Below, piece by piece: positions 19,362-28,541 of a DNA stretch of 64,000 nt. The stretch is taken from contig CAVPFY010000006.1 in the NCBI GenBank assembly GCA_963703905.1, positions 264,601 to 328,600 on the forward strand, written 5' to 3'. The notes below the pieces were generated by a model. It ran no database searches, was not told where the DNA came from, and saw only the letters and a list, made by a program, of their open reading frames with translations. Origin of the DNA: an uncultured Chloroflexia bacterium. GTDB lineage: Bacteria > Chloroflexota > Dehalococcoidia > DSTF01 > WHTK01. The first letter of the stretch is position 1. Each line of letters begins with the position of its first letter. Both the position numbers and the translations under genes were made by a program.

Positions 19362-22340
19362 TCAGAGGCCGGCCGGGGAGCCGCTCAGTCCCTGCTCCAC
19401 AACCCAGGCCGCGATCTGTGCCCTGGAGGAAAAGTTGAGCTTGGTCAGGATATTGCTGACGTGCGTCTCCACCGTGCGTTCGCTAAGCACCAGCTCTTCG
19501 GCGATCGCGCGGTTGGACTTGCCGCGCACGACCATCTGGGCGATGTCGCGCTCGCGCGGCGAAAGAGGGCCGCGACGGTCGTTCGCGGGCGGGCGCTGGC
19601 GTAGAAGCGCGGCATGGGCCGTGGGGAAATGTCCCGCGGCGCGCGCGACGAAGGCCGCCCGTTCTTTGGCCGGCACGTTGGGGACGACCTCGAGGATGAT
19701 TCGCGCGGCGCCGGCGTAGGCGGAATCCGCCTCGGCGACCCGGCCGCCGTCCTGAAGAAGCCCGCCGAGCTCCAGGAGCAGGCGCCATTCCATGCCCTTG
19801 CTGCCTTCGAGGGCGGCGTTGGCGACGCCGGCGTTCAGCACTGCCTCGGACTCGACGGCCTTGCCCGCGGCGCGCAACGCCTTGCCGTAGAGAAGCGAAA
19901 AGCGCACGCCGGTACGCCCAGCGCTTGAGTCGGCGCTGAACGAACGCAGGCGCTCGATGACCCCCAGCGCCCGTGCCGGCTCGCCGAGGGCGAGGGCAAG
20001 GTCGGCGGCGCCGGCCCACACCTGGCGCTCGGACACGGTCCGCGCCGGCATATCTACGCTCACCAGGCCGCGAAGGAGGTTTGAAGCGGCTTCCAACTTC
20101 CCCTTGGCGACAAGGGCGGACACCAGGGCGCCGCCGGCATTTTGGGTCCAGATTTGAGAGCCAGACGCCTTCGCCAGTTCCGCCGCCGCAATCAGATGAG
20201 ACTCGGCGGCCTCCAGGTCGAGCATGTCCAGGTAGATGGCGCCCAGCGAGTACTCCGCCCCCGACATCCACTGGCGGTGCTCGATCTCCTGGGCCAGGGC
20301 CAGGCCCGCGGCGCAGGCCTCGATAGCCTCCGAGTAGCGGCCCTGGGCGCCAAGCAGGACGCTGCGGTTCCAGAGCGCATATGACTCCGCGGCCTTCCAG
20401 CCGATCGTCCGCGCCATGTCGAAGGCTTCGTTGCTGGCCGCCATGGCCTCATCCGCCGAGTAGCCGGAAGGCGGCGTGACCTGGTTCTGGTAGTTGGAGG
20501 CGCCGTACAGCGCCATGGTCGCCAGGGCGGAGGCCAGCGCCGGGCGGTCATCCAGCTCGCGCAGGATGGCGACGGCCTGCTTGTAGTATTCCAGGCCCCC
20601 GACGAGGTCGGCGCCGAGATAGCTGGTCATACCGAGGAGGTCGAGCGTCGCCGCGATTCCACTCTTGTCATCGACGCCGCGGAAGAGCTGGAGGGCCTGG
20701 CGATGCAGGTCCAGAGCCTCCACGGGCTCGGCTACGTTCAAGTGCCAGTTGCCCAGCCGGTTCATCGAATGGGCCAGCGTGGACGCTTCGCCGATCGTCT
20801 GCGCCAGCTCGGAAGCGCTCTTGTAGTATTCGCCTGTGCGGGCATAGTCGCGCGCGGCCCAGAGCATGCCCAGGTCGGTGAGCGCCTGCCACTCCGCCTC
20901 GCGGTCCTCAGCGTCGCGCGCGGACGCGAGGGCGGCTTCGAGGTCGGCCAGGGCGCGGTCGAAAGAGCCAATGGCCTCGAACGCGAGGCCGCGGCCGCGA
21001 TGCAGGCCGGGTCCCGGATGCCGGCCGAGGTGACCGGCCGCGGCGATCGCGCGCGAGTAGTGCTCGATCGCCGACCGGGGCGCATAAGCGCGGCCGGCCT
21101 CCACAGCGGCGAGCGACGCGTAGTCGAGTGCTTTCTGCCATTCTTCGGCCTCGAAGAAGTGGTAGCTCAGGTCTCCGGCCACCCTGGCCGGCTGGTCCTG
21201 GTTCAGGCCTTCCAGCGCCGCGGCGATCTGCTGGTGCAACTGCCTGCGTTCGCGGGTAAGCAGGCTGGTGTAGATGGCCTCTCGAGTGAGGGCGTGGCGG
21301 AACGCGAATTGGTCGGCGGCTTCCTCGAGGATTAGCTGAGCGTCGACAAGCTCCTTAACCTCGTCCAGAAGCTCCCTTTCGCTGGCGCCGCAGATCTCGG
21401 TCAAGACCGCGAAATCGAAGCGCCTGCCGGCGACAGCGGCGTAACGGGCCACGCGGCGCGCCGGCTCGCCCAGGCCCTGGAAGCGCCTGCGTACGGCCTC
21501 GCGCACGCTGCGAGGGATCGTGACTTCGGCGGCATTAGCGCCGGCTGGCTGAAGCTGGACCGACCGCAGAACTTCTTCGATGAAAAACGGGTTGCCCTCC
21601 GTGAGCTCATGGACGGTATCGACGAAGCCCGAACGGGCGGCGCCGGCAGGCCCGAGGATGGCCTGGAGCATCTCGCGGACCTCGGAGCGGTCAAGGCTGT
21701 CGAGCTGAAGCTCGGTCGCGACGCTCAGCCGGTCGAGCTCCGCCAGAGTTTGGCCCAGGTCCTCGCTTACTTCATCGCTGCGGTAGGTCGCGACCAGAAG
21801 CAGGCGCGCGGCCGCCATCTCGCGGGCGAGGTACACCATCAGGTCAAGCGTGGCCTCATCGGCCCAGTGGACGTCTTCGAGAAAGACGGCCGCTGGGGCC
21901 GAAGCGGCTGCGGTCGCGAAAAAGGCGCCGATCTCGCGACTCAGGCGCTGCCTTTGCTCCTGCGGGTCGGCTGCGGCCGAGGGCCGGTCGTCCCCCCTGA
22001 CAGCGCCGATTTCGGGCACAAGGCGGGATATCTCCGGGCCCGAGCGTCTGCTCCCGGCGCCGTCACGACTGAAGTAGCGCCGAAAGAGGTCCGTCCAGGC
22101 CGAATACGGGATCGCCTGGTCCTGTTCGAAGCAGTTGCCTTCGAAGACCTGCCAGCCGTCGTTCTGGCAGGCGGCCTTCAACTCGGCGGCCAACCGGGAC
22201 TTGCCGATGCCCGCCTCACCGCTGATCAAGACAACGGTCCCGGCGCCGCCGGAGACCCGAGCGCGTACTTCCGCCAGCGCCTTGGTGAAAGATTCGCGGC
22301 CAATGAGGACGGGGCAGACGATTGGTTGGCTGAGGGGCAT
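19362..22340 (-). CDS. large ATP-binding LuxR-family regulator (STAND ATPase + TPR + LuxR HTH; MalT/LAL-like)
   Basis: 992 aa. Walker A GEAGIGKS, a long TPR-like helical middle, C-terminal LSPRERDIAQMVVRGKSNRAIAEELVLSERTVETHVSNILTKL. Confidence 0.85.
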   Translation of the reverse strand: MPLSQPIVCPVLIGRESFTKALAEVRARVSGGAGTVVLISGEAGIGKSRLAAELKAACQNDGWQVFEGNCFEQDQAIPYSAWTDLFRRYFSRDGAGSRRSGPEISRLVPEIGAVRGDDRPSAAADPQEQRQRLSREIGAFFATAAASAPAAVFLEDVHWADEATLDLMVYLAREMAAARLLLVATYRSDEVSEDLGQTLAELDRLSVATELQLDSLDRSEVREMLQAILGPAGAARSGFVDTVHELTEGNPFFIEEVLRSVQLQPAGANAAEVTIPRSVREAVRRRFQGLGEPARRVARYAAVAGRRFDFAVLTEICGASERELLDEVKELVDAQLILEEAADQFAFRHALTREAIYTSLLTRERRQLHQQIAAALEGLNQDQPARVAGDLSYHFFEAEEWQKALDYASLAAVEAGRAYAPRSAIEHYSRAIAAAGHLGRHPGPGLHRGRGLAFEAIGSFDRALADLEAALASARDAEDREAEWQALTDLGMLWAARDYARTGEYYKSASELAQTIGEASTLAHSMNRLGNWHLNVAEPVEALDLHRQALQLFRGVDDKSGIAATLDLLGMTSYLGADLVGGLEYYKQAVAILRELDDRPALASALATMALYGASNYQNQVTPPSGYSADEAMAASNEAFDMARTIGWKAAESYALWNRSVLLGAQGRYSEAIEACAAGLALAQEIEHRQWMSGAEYSLGAIYLDMLDLEAAESHLIAAAELAKASGSQIWTQNAGGALVSALVAKGKLEAASNLLRGLVSVDMPARTVSERQVWAGAADLALALGEPARALGVIERLRSFSADSSAGRTGVRFSLLYGKALRAAGKAVESEAVLNAGVANAALEGSKGMEWRLLLELGGLLQDGGRVAEADSAYAGAARIILEVVPNVPAKERAAFVARAAGHFPTAHAALLRQRPPANDRRGPLSPRERDIAQMVVRGKSNRAIAEELVLSERTVETHVSNILTKLNFSSRAQIAAWVVEQGLSGSPAGL

Positions 22341-22511
22341 TTCGCCAGCTTCTGTCAGTTTGCTGCTTCATCTTAATCCTGGAGGGTCGAGTCCTGACAC
22401 GGTGTCCGGGGGGCAGCCCGAAGTGAATCTGAAATCGGTTGACTTCGGCCGCTGCCAATGTCAGCATTCGTCTCGCCCGACCCAAAGCCGCGAGCTCAGA
22501 GCGAGGCCCTA

Positions 22512-23816
22512 ATGTTCATTGGTTACTTCACGGAAAGGCCGTATCAGGACCCTGACTCCGGCTACTTCGGCGCCACGGGCAGGCCGATCACCGACCTGGC
22601 GATGAGTAACGGCTCCTACGATCCCAAGCTCGCCTCGCTGCTCTACGACCGCTACCTGGACGAAAAGCTCTATGCCGAAGAGATGGGCTTCGACGGCCTG
22701 ATGCTCAACGAGCACCACAGCACGCCGTTCTCGATGGGCGGCGTGGTTAACGTCGAAGCCTCGATCCTGGCGCGCATTACAAAGAAGCCCAAGATCGTCA
22801 TCCTCGGCAACGTCATCCCGATCTGGGACGACCCCCTCTGGCTGGCCGAGCAGCTGGCGATCATCGACATGATCTCGAAAGGGCGCCTGGTGACGGGCTG
22901 GGTGCGCGGCACGGCCCGCGAGACGGTTGCGCACAACATGGTGCCGCCCTACAACTTCGAGCGCTTCCAGGAAGCGCACGACTTCATCGTCAAGGCCTGG
23001 ACCACGCCGGGGCCCTTTCGCTGGGAGGGCAAGCACTACCACTACCTATATGTGAACCCCTGGGCGCGGCCTTATCAGCAGCCGCACCCGCCGATCTGGA
23101 TCCCCGGCACTGTGAGCCTGAACACCATGCGCTGGGCCGCCGAGCGTCGCCTGCCCTACATCATGCTCGCGACTGACATGGAAGCGACCCGCAAGAGCTT
23201 CGAGGTCTATCACCAGATCGCGGCCGAAAACGGCTACAAGTCCGGCTCTCAGAACCTGGGTTACCTGTTCAAGGTCCACGTCGACGAGACGGAAGAGCTG
23301 GCGTTCGAGACCGGCCGGAAGTTCATCCAGGGTCCCAGCAACCCCTTCCTCCTCGGCAACGAGGGCAACGTCACGCCGGCAATCATGAACCTGCCCGGCT
23401 TCACGTCTCGCGTCGCCGCCGAGCGCCTGCCGACAGCTGCCTCGGCGGCGCTGCCGGCCGGCCGCGCGCCCGCGACGGGCGCCGAAGCCTCGGCCGCCCC
23501 CGCTCAGTCCGAGGCGCCGGCCGACCGCGAAACGCAGCGCCGTGTGGCGTATGAGAAGCAGCAGAAGGAGTACCAGATCATCACCGGCACGCCCAAGACC
23601 ATCGTGCCCAAGATCCGCCACGTCCTGGAGACGCTGCGTCCCGGCAGCATCTTCTTCTGGGACGGGGACGGCGCCATGGACCACGACGACTCCATGCGCA
23701 GCCTGCGCCTCTTCGGCCAGGAAGTCCTGCCGGCGGTGCGCGAGATCGGCAAGGAGCTGGAGCTGTTCTCCCCGTACGAGGTAGACCCGGCGACGGGGGA
23801 GAAAGTGCAGGCCTAG
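22512..23816 (+). CDS. LLM-class (luciferase-like) flavin/F420-dependent oxidoreductase
   Basis: Start at MFIGYFTERPYQD. GFDGLMLNEHHSTPF and GRLVTGWVRG patterns of the bacterial luciferase family. Confidence 0.8.
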   Translation: MFIGYFTERPYQDPDSGYFGATGRPITDLAMSNGSYDPKLASLLYDRYLDEKLYAEEMGFDGLMLNEHHSTPFSMGGVVNVEASILARITKKPKIVILGNVIPIWDDPLWLAEQLAIIDMISKGRLVTGWVRGTARETVAHNMVPPYNFERFQEAHDFIVKAWTTPGPFRWEGKHYHYLYVNPWARPYQQPHPPIWIPGTVSLNTMRWAAERRLPYIMLATDMEATRKSFEVYHQIAAENGYKSGSQNLGYLFKVHVDETEELAFETGRKFIQGPSNPFLLGNEGNVTPAIMNLPGFTSRVAAERLPTAASAALPAGRAPATGAEASAAPAQSEAPADRETQRRVAYEKQQKEYQIITGTPKTIVPKIRHVLETLRPGSIFFWDGDGAMDHDDSMRSLRLFGQEVLPAVREIGKELELFSPYEVDPATGEKVQA

Positions 23817-23860
23817 CGCCTGCGCCATACAATTGCTGGGCGGTGCCGGAGACGGGGGCC

Positions 23861-24169
23861 ATGAACCAGATCATCGAATCGAAGCGGGATGAGGTAGCGG
23901 AGCTGTGCCGTCGCTTTCATGTGCGCCGGCTGGACGTGTTCGGCTCGGCGACCTCCGACCGCTTTGACCCAGCGCGGAGCGACATCGATTTCGTGGTGGA
24001 GTTCGAGGAGATGGAGGCCGGAGAACACTCTAAGAGCTGGTTCGGATTCCTCTTTGCACTGGAGGAGCTGTTTTCGAGGCCTGTCGACCTGATTACCTAC
24101 AAATACATTCGTAATCCGTATTTCAAGGCGAGCATCGACGAATCTCGCGTAAATCTGTATGCGGCGTGA
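23861..24169 (+). CDS. MntA-like nucleotidyltransferase antitoxin (type VII TA)
   Basis: VFGSATSDRFDPARSDIDFVVEF matches the GS-X10-DXD minimal nucleotidyltransferase motif. An alternative start lies at 23843. Confidence 0.75.
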   Translation: MNQIIESKRDEVAELCRRFHVRRLDVFGSATSDRFDPARSDIDFVVEFEEMEAGEHSKSWFGFLFALEELFSRPVDLITYKYIRNPYFKASIDESRVNLYAA

Positions 24170-24509
24170 ATCGCGCAAGCACGTCTGGGACGCCCTGGAC
24201 GCAGCTCGACTGATCACGGAATTTGTTACGGGGAGGACGTTCGACGACTACCTGTCCGACATCTACTTCCGCTCGGCAGTGGAAAGGCAGTTCACGATAA
24301 TCGGAGAGGCTTTGGTTCGGCTTAAGGGCTCCGAAGCGGATGTAGCGGAGATGGTGCCCAACCTGCGAGAGATACTCGCGTTTCGAAATGTCGTCGTCCA
24401 CGGTTACGACGCCCTGGATCACGACACGGTCTGGGGCATCGCGCGGCGTGACGTGCCAGACCTTGCCAAGTTCCTGGCTGGCTTGCTGGAGGGGGACGAG
24501 GCCACGTAA
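24159..24509 (+). CDS. HepT-like HEPN/DUF86 toxin
   Basis: 116 aa. FRNVVVHGY is the R-X4-H-X-Y HEPN active-site motif. Overlaps the upstream nucleotidyltransferase gene by 11 nt. Confidence 0.8.
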   Translation: MRRESRKHVWDALDAARLITEFVTGRTFDDYLSDIYFRSAVERQFTIIGEALVRLKGSEADVAEMVPNLREILAFRNVVVHGYDALDHDTVWGIARRDVPDLAKFLAGLLEGDEAT

Positions 24510-24520
24510 CTCGACTCAGG

Positions 24521-25315
24521 TCACTTCAGGAACGGCTCTACCACCGCCAGGAACTCTTCCGGCTTCTCGATCTCGGGGCAGTGGCCGCAGTCGTCGATGA
24601 TCTGAAGGCGCGCGCCGGGAATTAGCTCCGCGTACTGCACGCCGGCATCGACCGGCACGATGGCGTCCTGGCGGCCGTGCACGACCAGGGCCGGCACGAT
24701 TATGTGCTTCGCCATCGCCGGCATCGCCATGTCGAACATGTGTGGCTTCCAGGCCAAGCGCGCCACCGTCTCGCGGTTCTGCTCCCAGAACTCGCGCTGC
24801 TCGGGCGTCGCCTCGCGGCCGCCGTACAGCTCCGCGACGCCTGACACCGAGGCCGGGTTGTGGAAGCACTCCTCGACGACCTCGCGCCGGGAGCGGATGA
24901 GGAAGTGGCGGATGTCACCCTCGCGCGGCTTGATGCCCATCGGCGCGACCAGCACCATCTTCGAGAACTGGCCGGGGTTGAAGGCCGCCAGCTCGGCCGC
25001 GATCCAGGCGCCGAAGCCGAATCCGATAACCTTCGAGCCGGTAAGGCCCAGGTCGCGCAGCACCGGCACATAGCAGGCGACGAGGTCGCGAAAGTTGAAG
25101 ACCCAGTCCGGCCGCGGGGAAGCGCCGAAGCCGGGGTGGAATGGGATCTTGAGGCTGAAGCGCTCGCCCAGGCGGTCGTGCCAGGGCAATATGCCGGGGT
25201 GGCCGAACTGATTGTGGAGGATGAGCAGAGGCTCGCCGCTGCCGCCGCTGACGATCTGAATCTGGACGCCGCCGGCTTCGATCATGTGGTCCGTGAACGC
25301 GGTCGCGGTGGTCAT
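24521..25315 (-). CDS. alpha/beta hydrolase (C-C bond hydrolase-like)
   Basis: Start at MTTATAFTDHMIEAGGVQIQIVSGGSGEPLLILHN. Nucleophile-elbow context GFGFGAW, C-terminal DDCGHCPEIEKPEEF. Confidence 0.8.
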   Translation of the reverse strand: MTTATAFTDHMIEAGGVQIQIVSGGSGEPLLILHNQFGHPGILPWHDRLGERFSLKIPFHPGFGASPRPDWVFNFRDLVACYVPVLRDLGLTGSKVIGFGFGAWIAAELAAFNPGQFSKMVLVAPMGIKPREGDIRHFLIRSRREVVEECFHNPASVSGVAELYGGREATPEQREFWEQNRETVARLAWKPHMFDMAMPAMAKHIIVPALVVHGRQDAIVPVDAGVQYAELIPGARLQIIDDCGHCPEIEKPEEFLAVVEPFLK

Positions 25316-25565
25316 GGGCTGCCTCCGGGGACTGTGCGGGCGGCGGACTGGACTCGGCGTGACGATAGCCGCTGCGATAGCGCGCGGCAAGTACGGTGCC
25401 GTCATTGAGACGGTCGCGGCCGACGCGTCCCCACTCCGTAAATTGCGAGGAGGCCGTTGCGGCTAACGAAGCAATCTGAGGCGCGGTGTGCGCGTACAAG
25501 GCCGCTCAGATTGCCGCGGCCTGGGCGCCGAAAGGCGCAAGGGCCGCGCAATGACGGCGCCGTGG

Positions 25566-26501
25566 CTAGCCCTGGTTCGCCCGCGCGACCGCCTTCATCG
25601 ACTTCGAGAGCGACGCCATGCGGTCGGCGCCGGCCAGCAGTGGGTGGGCGATGATCTCGCCCGCGCCTTCGGCGATGATCTGGCGCAGCCGCGATGCGAC
25701 GGTCGCCTCGTCACCGTAGACGACGAGCGCGTCGACGAGGGCGTCGCTCATGCCGGCGCCGGCGTCCGGGAAGCCCGCTGCCGCGAACATCGCCGCGTAG
25801 AAAGGCACGCGGCCGTAGTTGCCGACCTGCTCGCGCGCCGCCTGCCGCACCTCCTCGGCGTTGTCGTGGACGCAGACCGGCACGTGCGCGATCAGTGGTG
25901 GTGTCGCGCGGCCAGCCTTCTTCGCGCCCGCTGCCAGCGCCGGCGGCGCGATTTTGCGCAGGTAGTCCCAGGGGCATACCCACGAGATCGCGCCATCGGC
26001 AAGCTCGCCACACGTCCGGAACGAGGCTTCCCGCAGGGCCGAGGCCATAACGGGCAGGTCGATGGGCGCGGCGATCTGCGTTCGCGCCGTCAGCCACTTG
26101 CCCTCGAAGTCGACGCTGCCCTTGCGCAGAAGCTCTTGCAGGACCTTCAGGTACTCGCGCAGGTGCCCCAGCGGCGACTCCCAGGCGACGCCGAGCATGC
26201 GCACCATCGCCGGCTCATGACTGGGGCCGATGCCCATGCGGAATCGCCCCGGCGCCAGCGAGTTCAGCGCGATGGCCTGCTGGGCCATCGCGATCGGGTG
26301 CCTTGGCCAGGTGGGGATGATCGAGGTGCCGAACTGGATGCGCTCCGTGACCATCGCCGCCGCGGCGAAGGTCGTGGGCGCGTCCGCGCTGGCGCCGCCC
26401 ATCGTCAGCCACACGGCCGGTATGTCCATCGACTCGGCGCGCTTCACGGCGTCGACTATCGAGCGCGAGTCCCTTCCCTGCACGAACAAACCGATGGTCA
26501 T
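25566..26501 (-). CDS. LLM-class F420-dependent oxidoreductase
   Basis: Start at MTIGLFVQGRD (ATG 26501) with AGGAGG upstream. RFRMGIGPSH and the VVYGDEATVASRL tail are typical of the family. The SLFPVPC N-terminal extension in the ORF track is a translated microsatellite. Confidence 0.8.
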   Translation of the reverse strand: MTIGLFVQGRDSRSIVDAVKRAESMDIPAVWLTMGGASADAPTTFAAAAMVTERIQFGTSIIPTWPRHPIAMAQQAIALNSLAPGRFRMGIGPSHEPAMVRMLGVAWESPLGHLREYLKVLQELLRKGSVDFEGKWLTARTQIAAPIDLPVMASALREASFRTCGELADGAISWVCPWDYLRKIAPPALAAGAKKAGRATPPLIAHVPVCVHDNAEEVRQAAREQVGNYGRVPFYAAMFAAAGFPDAGAGMSDALVDALVVYGDEATVASRLRQIIAEGAGEIIAHPLLAGADRMASLSKSMKAVARANQG

Positions 26502-26537
26502 GGGGAGCCTCCTCTGACATTCGCGGGCAATGTAAAT

Positions 26538-26634
26538 CAGGGAACAGGGAACAGGGAACGGGAACAGGGAACAGGGAACAGGGAACAGGGAACAGGGAAC
26601 AGGGAACAGGGAACAGGGAACAGGGAACAGGGAA
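26538..26634. repeat. heptanucleotide microsatellite (CAGGGAA)x14
   Basis: 13 perfect CAGGGAA units plus one 6-nt unit (CGGGAA at 26559..26564), counted base by base. It lies in the divergent intergenic region between starts 26501 (-) and 26722 (+). Confidence 0.95.
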
Positions 26635-26651
26635 CGTTCCTTGTTTTGCAA

Positions 26652-26680
26652 TTGACAAAATCCAGGGCGAGAAATAGTTT
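26652..26680 (+). promoter_or_regulatory. putative sigma70-type promoter of the solute-binding protein gene
   Basis: TTGACA (26652..26657), 17-nt spacer, TAGTTT (26675..26680). AGGAG lies 8 nt before ATG 26722. Confidence 0.4.
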
Positions 26681-26721
26681 GCCACCATCCAGCCTCGTCC
26701 CAGCCAAAGGAGCAAATAGCG

Positions 26722-28539
26722 ATGGCGTCATCCGGCTACTGGCAAAAGTTCACCGGTTCGCGGCTCAGCCGCAGGAAGGCGATCGCTGGGGCGGCAGGCC
26801 TCGGCGCGGGCGCGGCGCTGATTGCCTGCGGCGGCGGCTCCGATAACGGCGGCGGCTCGCAGACCGTCCAGGATGTGGCTTCGGCCATCAGCAAGCCTGT
26901 CGATACCACCAAAAGCGCGACGACCACGAGCACCCTTCACGCCACCGGCAGCGACCAGAGTACCCTGGATTCGCTCTTCGCCGGCGCCGGGCAGGCGCTG
27001 ACGCCCTACACCGGCCTGGTCTACAGCCGCCTGCTCAAGTTCAAGCCCGGCTACCTTGGCCCCTCACAGGGCGAAGTCGAAGGCGACCTGGCCGAGAGCT
27101 TTGAGGTCGTCAACGGTGGCACGCAGGTCAACCTCAAGCTGCGCAAGGGCGTGACCTGGGACCCCCGCACGCCGACGAATGGCCGCATGTTCGATTCACG
27201 CGACGTCGCATTCACCTGGGAGAAGTTCTCGACCAAGGCGGTCAGCCGCTCCGACTTCGCGAACGCCGCAAACCCGAACGCGCCCATCGTCTCTATGACC
27301 GCGCCGGACAACAGCACCGTCGTCGTGAAGCTGGCTTTCCCGCTCGCGAACATCACCCAGATGCTGGCCAGCGGCAACATCCAGATCCAACCGCTGGAGG
27401 CGGCCGACAAATTCGACCCTCGCGGCGACATGCGCGGCACAGGGCCGTTCAGGCTCAAGGAGTACCGAGTCGCGGTCCAGTTCGAGTTCGAGCGCAATCC
27501 AGAGTGGTACATAAAGGGCAAGCCCCTTCTGCAAAGCTACCTGATCCACATCGTGCCCGAGTACGCGACGCGGCTGGCGCAGTTCCGCGCCGGCAACATC
27601 GATACGGGCGTGGTCCAGAGCTCCGACATCATCCAGACCAAGACTGACATCCCCAAGCTGAACCTCTATGAGGGCACGCACGCCTCCAATTATCGCGGCA
27701 TATTCTTCGGCTACGCCGGCGACAGCCCCTTCAAGGACGTGCGCGTCCGCAAAGCCGTCGCGAACCTGTTCGACCGCCCAACGATGGACTCGGTGGTCTA
27801 CAACCTGGACAAGTTCCGCGCCGCCAACTTCCCAGCGGAGTCATCCGGCGTCAGCCACGGCCTGACTGCGGCCTGGGGGCCGTACTGGGTGAACCCGGAT
27901 GACAGCAGCGCCGCGCAGATGGGCGAACGCGCCAAGCTCTTCAAGTACGACCCGGCCGAGGCCAAGAAGCAGCTTTCGGCCGCCGGATTCGCGAACGGGC
28001 TCGAGGTAGACGTCCACGGCCTCAAGGGCAACGAGCTTGGCGGCGCCACCTACGCCCGCTACCTGGAGGTCACGGCCGGGATGCTGCGCGAAGGCGGCAT
28101 TCGCAGCGTGAACAAGACCTGGGACTTCAACTCCGAATGGCTGCCACAGTTCTTCTACAGCAAGGGCAACTTCCAGGGCATGTTCATGACCGGCGTCGAT
28201 GCCTACCCAGACCCCGGCGACACCCTCTACACCTTCCAGCACGACAACGCCTCCCGGCCCCACCACCCGGCCGGCGTGCTGCCGCCTGATGTTTTGAAGA
28301 TGCTGGAGGACCAGCGCACGGAGTTCGACACGCAGAAGCGCCAGACGCTGATCCGCGACGTCCAGAAGAAGATGGCCGATTACATGCCGGACGTGCCCTG
28401 GTACGGCACCTCGACCGGCTTCTCGCTGTCCTGGCCCTGGGTCATGAACCTCAACGTCTATCGCGGCTGGCCCAGCGGCCTCGCTGGCACGGAGACCACG
28501 CCGAACCTCTGGGTGGACGAGAAGGCGAAGACTACCTAG
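26722..28539 (+). CDS. ABC transporter substrate-binding protein, family 5 (peptide/nickel-type), Tat-lipoprotein signal
   Basis: 605 aa. SRRKAIAGAAGLGAGAALIACGGGS combines a twin-arginine motif and a lipobox. No permease or ATPase genes are adjacent. Confidence 0.85.
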   Translation: MASSGYWQKFTGSRLSRRKAIAGAAGLGAGAALIACGGGSDNGGGSQTVQDVASAISKPVDTTKSATTTSTLHATGSDQSTLDSLFAGAGQALTPYTGLVYSRLLKFKPGYLGPSQGEVEGDLAESFEVVNGGTQVNLKLRKGVTWDPRTPTNGRMFDSRDVAFTWEKFSTKAVSRSDFANAANPNAPIVSMTAPDNSTVVVKLAFPLANITQMLASGNIQIQPLEAADKFDPRGDMRGTGPFRLKEYRVAVQFEFERNPEWYIKGKPLLQSYLIHIVPEYATRLAQFRAGNIDTGVVQSSDIIQTKTDIPKLNLYEGTHASNYRGIFFGYAGDSPFKDVRVRKAVANLFDRPTMDSVVYNLDKFRAANFPAESSGVSHGLTAAWGPYWVNPDDSSAAQMGERAKLFKYDPAEAKKQLSAAGFANGLEVDVHGLKGNELGGATYARYLEVTAGMLREGGIRSVNKTWDFNSEWLPQFFYSKGNFQGMFMTGVDAYPDPGDTLYTFQHDNASRPHHPAGVLPPDVLKMLEDQRTEFDTQKRQTLIRDVQKKMADYMPDVPWYGTSTGFSLSWPWVMNLNVYRGWPSGLAGTETTPNLWVDEKAKTT

Positions 28540-28541
28540 GC

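Noticed and set aside
26215-26731. ORFs encoding SLFPVPC or GNREQGT peptide repeats (26215..26715, 26537..26731, the N-terminal extension of 25566..26651, and the tail of 25488..26846).
   Set aside because: They are translations of the CAGGGAA microsatellite. The real LLM gene starts at ATG 26501 with its own AGGAGG.
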